Shown here: positions 20,139-27,667 of the stretch, piece by piece
Numbering within the stretch: position 1 is the first letter of the stretch
Layout of the letters: each line of letters starts with the position of its first letter
The notes under the pieces: generated by a model
The model's database searches: none
Seen by the model: the letters and a program-made list of their open reading frames with translations, nothing else
Told to the model about the DNA's origin: nothing
Made by a program: the position numbers and the translations under genes
Assembly (NCBI GenBank): GCA_034670305.1
Contig: JAXMNT010000012.1
Span: forward strand, 1 to 64,000
Length of the DNA stretch: 64,000 bases
Direction of reading: 5' to 3'
From: Deltaproteobacteria bacterium
GTDB lineage: Bacteria; Myxococcota_A; Polyangia; Polyangiales; Houyiibacteriaceae

Positions 20139-20408
20139 CTACGGGCCTGGCTCGCTTCGCGAGACTGGCGGCCCTAATTCGCGCCCGTCGCTGCCTGCAC
20201 GTGCTCGCCGCCTCCTGCACTTGATCGAATGAAGAAGCACCTGGGGTGATTGGCGGCTGCGCGCGTCCAGGCGCTCCTATCGGCGCTCTCGGGGATCGAT
20301 TGGGGAGTGCACCAGTTGCTCGGCCTGCGGCCTGCGCAGGTGCACGTGTGGGCGACAATATTCGCTGCCACTACGGGCCTGGCTCGCTTCGCGAGACTGG
20401 CGGCCCTA
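20139..20408 (+). repeat. ~270-bp structured intergenic element, copy A (candidate ncRNA or non-autonomous mobile element)
   Basis: Identical 38-bp direct repeats at 20139-20176 and 20371-20408 (ctacgggcctggctcgcttcgcgagactggcggcccta); internal blocks shared with copies at 42888 and 48250. Confidence 0.9.
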
Positions 20409-20450
20409 TAGGCGCCCCTCGGCGTGAAACCGCGGCCAGCGCGCGGTTGA

Positions 20451-22421
20451 TCAGCGGAGGTTGCAGCGGCCGCCGAGGCTCTCGACGAGCTGGCGCAGCT
20501 GGTCGAGTCCGCGGCTGTTCGGGTAGGTGTCGCAGATGCGTTCGTAGGCTTTGACCGCGTCGTCGCGGCGGCCGATCCGGAGAAGGCAGTCGCCTTCGAG
20601 CCGCATGACGTAGGCGGGCCGGCGGCTCGGCGGGAGCTCGTCGAGAATCTGCAAACACCGCGCCCCATCGCCCCCGCGGAGCGCAGCGGTCGCATCCCGA
20701 GCCACGTCGCTGGCCGGTCGCGCGCTCGACATGTCGGCCACGTAGGGTTCGATGTGCGGGGGCGGCGGGTCGGTGTTGTTCGAGGCCATCTCGGTCTCGC
20801 CGCGCATGCCGGTGCGCATGCCGTTGCGGCGCCGCATGGAGCTTGAACCCATCGAGGTGTCTTCCGGCGCGGTCTCGAGGTCGGGGGGCGGCACCGCACC
20901 CACCGGAAGCACGTGCTCCCCTTCGTGGTGCGCCTCGTCGCCGTGTGCGTCCCCATCGTGCTCGTCGTGGTCGCCGTCGTGGTCGTCGTGGTCGTCGTGC
21001 GTGCCGTACGGAATCGGCGCAACGATGGCCGGTTCGGTTGCGGCCGCCGGGTCGTCTTGAAGAAAGTACGTGGCGGCGCCCGCAGTGAGTGCGCCGGCGA
21101 GCAACGCGAGGGCGAACCACAACCCGTTCCGACGGGCGGGCAAGACGATCGCCTCGCTCGGTTCCGAGGTCTGTTGGATCGCCGCTGGGGTCGCCGCGGC
21201 GGTGGGTTCGACGGGCACGGCCGGATGCATGAAACCGCCCGCGGCGCCGGCTTGCGGGGACACGGCATGCGGCGCGGCGTGCGGGGACACGGCGTGCGGG
21301 GACACGGCGTGCGGGGACGCGACGGGCGGCGATGCGATCTGCGCAGACACGGCATGCGGCCCGGGCACGACGCCGCTCGGCACGAATCCGGACGGACCCG
21401 ATGGGGCGGACGGCGCGCTCTGTTTCTCGAGTTCGCTGAAGGTGCCCGGCCGCAGCTCTCCGTCGTCCACCGCCATCGGCGGCGGGGCCACGCTGGTCGA
21501 GGCGGAGCCGACCAGCTGGGTGCGCATGCCTTGCCGCGCGGCGCTCTTGGCGCGCGCGCCGAGCACCGACAGGTACGCATCGGCGAGTTCGTGCGGGGTA
21601 CGGAAGCGCGCGTCGCGGGACCGAGCCATCGCGCGCTGAACGACGGACTCGAGCTCGGGCGGGATGTCGGGGCGCAGGCTGCGCAGCGGCGTCGCGCGCC
21701 CGTTGAGGATGGCGATGATGAGGTCGCTCGGGGTACCCGCGATGAACGGCGGAGAGCCAGCCAGCGCTTCGTACATGATCACCCCGAGGGCGTAGACGTC
21801 GACGCGCGCGTCCAGATCATCTTCTGCGCTCAGCTGTTCGGGCGCCATGTACCGCGGCGTCCCGAGCACTTGGCCGGTCCGGGTGAGGCGCTCCTCGTTC
21901 GAGTAGACCTTGCTGATCCCGAAATCGAGCAGCTTGACCTGCACCGGTCCGTTGCCAGCACGCACCAGAAACACGTTGTCGGGTTTCAGGTCGCGGTGGA
22001 TCACGCCCGCGTTGTGGGCGGCCGTCAGCCCTGCGGCCGCGCCAGCCACGATCGGCGCGAAGTCGTCGGCGTCCAGCCGCTTCTCCCGCCGCATGAAGTC
22101 GCCGAGCGTCTCGCCCTCCAGCAACTCCATGACCATGAAGATGCGGCCGTCGGGCAACTTGCCGAACGTCTCGAGCTGCACGACCGCCGGGTTGTCGAGA
22201 CGCGTGAGCACCTGGCACTCGCGCTGCAGCCGCGCCATCGCCTCGTCGTGATCGGCGATCTCGGGTTTGAGCAGCTTGAGCGCGAAGGGCCGCTTGGTCG
22301 CCAGATCCGACACCCGGTAGACGGTGGCCATGCCGCCTTCGCCGAGGGCCGCGTCGATCCGAAACCGACCCGCGATGACCTCGCCCGTCGACGCGGCGGA
22401 TCCCTTCACCGGCCGACCCAT
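20451..22421 (-). CDS. membrane Ser/Thr protein kinase (Hanks type) with C-terminal TPR-like helix pair
   Basis: GEGGMATVY, ALK, HRDLKPDN, DFG, GTPRYMAPE; Pro-rich linker, TM helix, His-rich tract, TPR-like end. Confidence 0.95.
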   Translation of the reverse strand: MGRPVKGSAASTGEVIAGRFRIDAALGEGGMATVYRVSDLATKRPFALKLLKPEIADHDEAMARLQRECQVLTRLDNPAVVQLETFGKLPDGRIFMVMELLEGETLGDFMRREKRLDADDFAPIVAGAAAGLTAAHNAGVIHRDLKPDNVFLVRAGNGPVQVKLLDFGISKVYSNEERLTRTGQVLGTPRYMAPEQLSAEDDLDARVDVYALGVIMYEALAGSPPFIAGTPSDLIIAILNGRATPLRSLRPDIPPELESVVQRAMARSRDARFRTPHELADAYLSVLGARAKSAARQGMRTQLVGSASTSVAPPPMAVDDGELRPGTFSELEKQSAPSAPSGPSGFVPSGVVPGPHAVSAQIASPPVASPHAVSPHAVSPHAAPHAVSPQAGAAGGFMHPAVPVEPTAAATPAAIQQTSEPSEAIVLPARRNGLWFALALLAGALTAGAATYFLQDDPAAATEPAIVAPIPYGTHDDHDDHDGDHDEHDGDAHGDEAHHEGEHVLPVGAVPPPDLETAPEDTSMGSSSMRRRNGMRTGMRGETEMASNNTDPPPPHIEPYVADMSSARPASDVARDATAALRGGDGARCLQILDELPPSRRPAYVMRLEGDCLLRIGRRDDAVKAYERICDTYPNSRGLDQLRQLVESLGGRCNLR

Positions 22422-22587
22422 CAGGGGTGCCCTCGGTAGGTCCTATGTCGGTGCCGCGACAGAGCCTGCATCATCCGCTTCGGGCGGTTTGGGCGCAAGC
22501 ACCGCACGCCGGATGGTGTGGTCGCCGGGAGGCCCCAGCCGGACCCCAGGGTTGACGTCGGTTGTGCTGGACCGCAAAGCTGGTCGA

Positions 22588-23121
22588 ATGCGCAGCGCCA
22601 CCGCAGAAGAACCAGGTCCGCAGGGCCCGTCGGTGCCGTCGGCGCAACAGGGCCCATCGGTGCAGCCGCCCCGGCATGCGCCTCCGACGGCGCAGGTCGC
22701 TTCGGGCTCGCTTGTCAGCCGGATCGCCTGGTTCTTCCTGTTCGCGATTCCGCTCGCCGTGGTGATCACCGCCACGCAGCTGACCCCGAGCGGCCTCGGG
22801 TTCGGCACCCACACCCAGCTCGGGCTGCCGCCCTGCGGGTTCATGGCGGCGACCGGGTTGCCCTGTCCTGGATGCGGACTGACGACCTGCTTCTCTCACA
22901 TGGTGCGGTTCGAGTTCGTCGAGGCGGCGCGCGCCAACCCGTTCGGCGTCCCGCTCTTCCTCGTCACGTTCTTCACCATTCCGGTCGCGGGCATGGGTTT
23001 CTTGCGCGGCACCAACGTGATCGACACCTTGGAACGATTTCACTTCGAGAAGATTGCGATCATGCTCGCGCTCTGTTCGATCTCGGTGTGGTTCATCAAG
23101 GTCGGCATCACGCTCTTCTAG
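22588..23121 (+). CDS. DUF2752-like membrane protein
   Basis: GTHTQLGLPPCGF...TGLPCPGCGLTT.F......F..A...NP motif; ATG at 22588. Confidence 0.85.
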   Translation: MRSATAEEPGPQGPSVPSAQQGPSVQPPRHAPPTAQVASGSLVSRIAWFFLFAIPLAVVITATQLTPSGLGFGTHTQLGLPPCGFMAATGLPCPGCGLTTCFSHMVRFEFVEAARANPFGVPLFLVTFFTIPVAGMGFLRGTNVIDTLERFHFEKIAIMLALCSISVWFIKVGITLF

Positions 23122-23130
23122 GACGCGCGC

Positions 23131-23658
23131 GTGAAAGAACGGGAGATCATCGAAGCGCAGCTCGGCCGAGTGATGCGCGCGCCTTCGACGGCGAGAACAC
23201 GCTGTCATCTCGGGCTGCCGATCGTGGTCGACGTGCCACCGGTGCTCCAGGATGGGAGCCCGTTCCCCACCCGATTCTGGCTCACCTGTCCGCTGGCCCA
23301 CCGCCGCATCGCGCGGCTCGAAGAGGCCGGTGGGGTGCGGGCGTGGGATGCGCGTCTTCGAGAGGAGCCCGCCCTCCGGGCCGCGCTCGACGAGGCGCAC
23401 GCCGCGTACGCCAAGGAACGGGATGCGCTGGTGCCGCCCGATGCGGTGCGGGGTCCGACCGGTGGGGTCGCGGGCATCACCGGCGACGGGGTGAAATGCC
23501 TCCACACCCACTTCGCACACCACATGGCGGGCGGTGACAACCCCGTCGGCGCAGACGTGGCGGCGCGGATCGGACCGCTTCGTTGTCCGGTGCCCTGCGT
23601 CGCGGCGTCGGACGGCGCGGTCGCCCGAAACGTTGCGTGGTCGGAGCCAGAGCCGTAG
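23131..23658 (+). CDS. DUF501-like protein
   Basis: QLGR, P.L.DG.PFPT.FWLTCP, LE..GG, GG..G..VKCLH.H.AH...G.NPVG. Confidence 0.88.
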   Translation: MKEREIIEAQLGRVMRAPSTARTRCHLGLPIVVDVPPVLQDGSPFPTRFWLTCPLAHRRIARLEEAGGVRAWDARLREEPALRAALDEAHAAYAKERDALVPPDAVRGPTGGVAGITGDGVKCLHTHFAHHMAGGDNPVGADVAARIGPLRCPVPCVAASDGAVARNVAWSEPEP

Positions 23659-23667
23659 ACGTTCTCG

Positions 23668-24375
23668 ATGGAACTCGTATGGCTGGCGTACTCGCCGTGG
23701 TCGCAGAAAGCGCGGTGGGCACTCGAACACCACGGCGTACAGTTTGAGCGGACGACTTTTCGTCCGATGATCGACGAGCCGCGGTTGCGGCTGCGACTCA
23801 AGAAATTGCGCGGCGCGGTCAGTGTGCCGGTGCTGTTCGAAGGCGACAAAGCGCTGACCGATTCGTTCGAGATCGCGCAACGCGCCGAGGCCCTGGGTGG
23901 AGGCGCGCCCCTCTTCGCGGACCTCGAAGCCGCGCACCACTGGAACGCGGTGTCCGAGCGGGCACTCCAAGGCGGTCGCGAGCGCACCATCCAAGCGGTC
24001 CTGCAAGACCCGGAAGCGCAGGCCGAATCGTTGAAGGGGATCGTGCCCGACGCGTTGACCGGTCCGCTGCGCGGTATCGCCAAACTCGGCGCCCGGCAGC
24101 TTCGGCGCAAGTACGGAGAAGGGCAGGTCGTCGAGCTGGAGGCCGGTCTCGAACAGCTTCGCGCGACCCTCGACGGACGCGACTATCTGCTCGACGAGTT
24201 CTCGTACGCCGACATCGCGATGGCGGTGGTCTTCGAGTTCGTCGAACCGAGCGCGCACGTACGGCGCGGCGTCGCGGAACGGCGCGCCTGGTCGGATGCG
24301 CGGCTGGCGGCGCGCTACGCCGACCTCGTCGAATGGCGCGACCAGCTCTGGGCTCGGCACGGCTGGAAGAAGTAG
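23668..24375 (+). CDS. glutathione S-transferase family protein
   Basis: YSPWSQKARWAL, SVPVL, DSFEIA, YLL.EFSYADI. Confidence 0.88.
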   Translation: MELVWLAYSPWSQKARWALEHHGVQFERTTFRPMIDEPRLRLRLKKLRGAVSVPVLFEGDKALTDSFEIAQRAEALGGGAPLFADLEAAHHWNAVSERALQGGRERTIQAVLQDPEAQAESLKGIVPDALTGPLRGIAKLGARQLRRKYGEGQVVELEAGLEQLRATLDGRDYLLDEFSYADIAMAVVFEFVEPSAHVRRGVAERRAWSDARLAARYADLVEWRDQLWARHGWKK

Positions 24376-24454
24376 CCGCGCCGGCGGAAGAAGTTGACGC
24401 AGGAGGCTGTCGCCCGGGCCGAGCACCGCTCCGTAGAGAACGCTCAGTCCGCGC

Positions 24455-25483
24455 TCAGTGGAGAAGCAGCGGGACCCACTGAAGGTCGACGAGGCCGTGT
24501 CCGAGCGTCAGCCGGGTCGCTCTGTCCAGCCGGACACAGCGCGTGCGCTCCATGCGGGCTTGCGGTCGACCGGCCGGGCCTTGGCCCACGACGAGTTCAA
24601 ACACGCCGGCGGTGCTGCCGGCGTCGAACGCGTAGAGCACGCCGCCCATCCGTTTGATCAACAGGTGGACCCGCGAGACCTGCATCAACCGGAGCAGCCC
24701 CGCGAAGTCGCACCGCGGCTCTCGCCCGAGCACGATGCCACGCGCCGCCTCCGACTGGCCGATCGTGCGTTCGATGGCACCGACCTGCGAACGGATCTTC
24801 AGGGTGCCCATGGGCGGTCCGAGCGGCGCGCCGCCCAGCGGCTCGGGGGCGGGCAGCAGGGTGAGGTTGCCTCGCCCGCTGGCCCGACCTCGTTGGGCGA
24901 ACCGCTGCCACTGATCCGGCTCGGCCCTGCGTTCGTCGATCACGGTCTGCTGCGGCAGCGTCCACCAGGCATCGTTCGCGTCGCTCGGCCATTGCACGCC
25001 GCCGGTGGGGAACGCCATCAACTGGTACCGGCCGAGGGTGACGAAGACGGGACCTTCGGCGACCAGCGACTCCACGTGCTCGCCGGCCGGGGTCTGCATC
25101 GCGAGCCCGGTCCGCAAGTCCACCAGACGGAACCGAACGTCCTCTGAGGTCCATCCGCGGATCGGCTCCACGCACAGCGCGACGTGTCGGTTCGACAGCG
25201 CCGGGTCTGCGTCCAGAAAGAGATCGACCGCGCCGTGCCGACCGACGATGCCGACGCCGACCCCGTCCATTTTCGCCGCCACCCAGAGCCGCCCGACCAA
25301 CGTGTTGTGGACGCGGTCGATCGCGATCAGCGCGACGCCGGGATCGCTCTCGACTCGGCCAGCGGACACGTGCGCCGCGCGGCCTTCGACGAAGGTTCGA
25401 ATCCGTTCGAAGTGGCGGACGAACAGATTTTGCGGCGATCCGAAGGGCGCCGGATCGGGCCCCGGCATCGGAGGCGCGAGCAT
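24455..25483 (-). CDS. FHA domain protein (two FHA-like modules)
   Basis: IVGRH...D......LSNRH and IVLGR...CD.......VSRVH....D.GSTAG; start chosen at MLAPPMPG. Confidence 0.75.
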   Translation of the reverse strand: MLAPPMPGPDPAPFGSPQNLFVRHFERIRTFVEGRAAHVSAGRVESDPGVALIAIDRVHNTLVGRLWVAAKMDGVGVGIVGRHGAVDLFLDADPALSNRHVALCVEPIRGWTSEDVRFRLVDLRTGLAMQTPAGEHVESLVAEGPVFVTLGRYQLMAFPTGGVQWPSDANDAWWTLPQQTVIDERRAEPDQWQRFAQRGRASGRGNLTLLPAPEPLGGAPLGPPMGTLKIRSQVGAIERTIGQSEAARGIVLGREPRCDFAGLLRLMQVSRVHLLIKRMGGVLYAFDAGSTAGVFELVVGQGPAGRPQARMERTRCVRLDRATRLTLGHGLVDLQWVPLLLH

Positions 25484-25698
25484 GGTGCACCGGTTGTGTC
25501 CGTGCGGCCGTTGCTGTCCGCCGTCGAGGTGCACGATGCGACTCTTGCGTACCCGGAGCTTGCCAGGTGGAGTGGTGGCCATCCTGTACGGTATGTACGC
25601 ATCGCGCGTCGCGCTCGTTCCCACCACGGAAAATCTCTCTCGAGGATCTCCAAGAACGCGAACGAGGATGTCGAAGAGGGGGCACCGGCGTCCGACGC

Positions 25699-25731
25699 GG
25701 GCAAGGGCACGGGCAAGGGCAACGGCAAGGG
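25699..25731 (+). repeat. GGGCAN hexamer tract
   Basis: gggcaa gggcac gggcaa gggcaa cggcaa ggg, intergenic. Confidence 0.8.
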
Positions 25732-25755
25732 AGCAGGTCGCTTTTCAGCGACCGC

Positions 25756-27552
25756 CTAGTCGCAGACGGTGACTTCGGGGGTGAAGCAGTCGAAGTCTTC
25801 GCAGTCGATGAAGCCGTCGCCGTCGTTGTCGTACCCGTCCGAGCAGAGCGCGTTGGTGATCTCGACGCAGACGGTCACGCCCGGGTTGCGGCTGCAGCTC
25901 CAGTCGTCGCAGTCGATGAAGCCGTTGCCGTCGTTGTCGATGCCGTCGACGCACGCCTCGTTGGAGCTCTCGGCACACACCGTCACGTCCGGGTTGCGGC
26001 TGCACGAGAAGTCCGAGCAGTCGGTGAACCCGTTGGCGTCGTTGTCGAGGCCATCCGAACACAACGCATCGTTGATCTCGGCGCACACGGTGACCTCTGG
26101 GTTGCGGCTGCAGTTCCAGTCGTCGCAGTCGAAGAACCCGTCCATGTCGTTGTCGATTCCGTCTTCACACAACGCGTTGGTGTTCTCCGGCGGCACGCCG
26201 CAGACGAAGTCTTCGTCGGTCAGCCCGTTGCAGTTGTCGTCGAGGCCATTGCAGCTCTCGTCGGTCGGGCCGACTTCGCCTTCGCACGCCCCGAACACGC
26301 CGCTGCGGCAGCGCTGGGTGCCGCGTTCGCACGCGCCGACGCCGGAGCCACAGGGCTGCACCGTTCCGTCGACGCAGTCGCAGCCTTCGTCGATCACTCC
26401 GTCGCAGTCGTTGTCGCGGCCGTCGCAGGAGGTCTCGCTCGCTTCGTAGAGGGGGCCGTACTCAGACGCTCCGCAGGCTTCGAAGCCGCCCGCCCCACCA
26501 CAGGTCTGCGTGGCGCCCGCGCACACGCCGACGCGCAAGGAACACGTGGGGGACGCGACGTCCTCGTCGACCCGCATGTCGCAGTCTTCGTCCCGCCCGT
26601 CGCAGGTCTCGACAACCGGCTCGGTGGCGCCCGCGCATCCGCCGAAGACGCCGCCTGCGCAGGTCTGGGTGCCGCGCATGCACGCGCCGACGTCGCTGCC
26701 GCAGCGCTGGGTGGTGCCGTCGACACACTCGCAGCCCTCGTCGACCACGCCGTCGCAGTCGTTGTCGAGCGCGTCGCAGAGCGACTCGTCGCGCTGGTAG
26801 TCGCCGCCGTAACTCTCGGTGCCAGAGCACGCGACGAAGCCGGCTTCGCCACCGCATCGGCGTTTGGAACCCACGCAGACCCCGAGGCTCAAGGGGCAGT
26901 CCGGCGCCTCGAGTTCGGAGGGTTCGTCGGCGGTTCCGTCGCAGTCGTCGTCGAGCCCGTTGCAGCTCTCGCCCATCGGACCGACCTCGTCCTCGCACAG
27001 CCCCCACTTGCCGCCCGAGCAGGTCTGGGTGCCGGGACTGCAGGCGCCTTCGGTGAGCCCGCAGGCCTGGGTGGTGCCTTCTTCGCACGCACAGTCGTCG
27101 TCGGTGCTGCCGTCGCAGTCGTTGTCCATGCCGTCGCAGCTCTCTTCGATGCGTTCGAAGAACGCGCCGTAGGCTTCGTCGGTGCACACGAACGTGCCGG
27201 CCACGCAGATGGACGCCGAGCCCGCGCAGACCCCTTCGGTGAGCGGGCACGCGGCGCCCACGAGGGCTTCGTCGGTCGCGTCGTCGCAGTCGTCGTCGAC
27301 GCCGTTGCAGGTCTCGGTGGCCGCCGGATGACGCGCCGGATCGCTGTCGTCGCAGTCCGCGACCGCGCAGCCCGTGCCGGCGCCGTCTCCGTCTTCGTCG
27401 ACACACGCACCGGGCGCGTCGGGGTCGGTCGCGGCGTCTCCGGAGAGACCACCGTCCATGGTGGTCATGGCGTCGTCGTCGCCACAGCCGGTGAGGGCGA
27501 GCGAGCCAACGAGCAAGAAGACAGCGGACGCGGACGAAGGTCGAAGAAGCAT
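25756..27552 (-). CDS. Cys/Asp-rich repeat lipoprotein (MopE-related/putative metal-binding repeats)
   Basis: LTGC lipobox; repeated E.C.G.D.DCDG..DE units; four C-terminal N..C.DG.DND..GF.DC.D..C repeats. Confidence 0.88.
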   Translation of the reverse strand: MLLRPSSASAVFLLVGSLALTGCGDDDAMTTMDGGLSGDAATDPDAPGACVDEDGDGAGTGCAVADCDDSDPARHPAATETCNGVDDDCDDATDEALVGAACPLTEGVCAGSASICVAGTFVCTDEAYGAFFERIEESCDGMDNDCDGSTDDDCACEEGTTQACGLTEGACSPGTQTCSGGKWGLCEDEVGPMGESCNGLDDDCDGTADEPSELEAPDCPLSLGVCVGSKRRCGGEAGFVACSGTESYGGDYQRDESLCDALDNDCDGVVDEGCECVDGTTQRCGSDVGACMRGTQTCAGGVFGGCAGATEPVVETCDGRDEDCDMRVDEDVASPTCSLRVGVCAGATQTCGGAGGFEACGASEYGPLYEASETSCDGRDNDCDGVIDEGCDCVDGTVQPCGSGVGACERGTQRCRSGVFGACEGEVGPTDESCNGLDDNCNGLTDEDFVCGVPPENTNALCEDGIDNDMDGFFDCDDWNCSRNPEVTVCAEINDALCSDGLDNDANGFTDCSDFSCSRNPDVTVCAESSNEACVDGIDNDGNGFIDCDDWSCSRNPGVTVCVEITNALCSDGYDNDGDGFIDCEDFDCFTPEVTVCD

Positions 27553-27667
27553 GGGATCCAAAAAGGCGAAAAGGCCAGGCGTGTGTGCCTGACCCTTCGA
27601 CCTACTTCAGATGCGGGGAAAGTCTCCCCCGGGCGAATCGCACACCGTGCGATCCGCCATGGCGGGC

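Noticed and set aside
20139-20176. Known self-cleaving ribozyme or canonical GTAG-REP in the terminal repeat
   Set aside because: I could not find hammerhead (CUGAUGA/GAAA) or HDV cores by eye, and GTAG lies 3' rather than 5' of the palindrome and only in copy A. An Infernal search is needed to exclude these formally.
20139-20408. CRISPR array interpretation of the 38-bp direct repeats
   Set aside because: Only two repeats per locus, separated by ~195 nt of partly conserved structured sequence, and no cas genes in the window.
20246-20554. Short ORFs over the repeat copies (also 42761-43280, 48304-48598 and the 48206-48361 extension)
   Set aside because: They translate the same non-coding element in different frames and strands (e.g. 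LARFARLAALIR), and conservation follows base pairing rather than codons.
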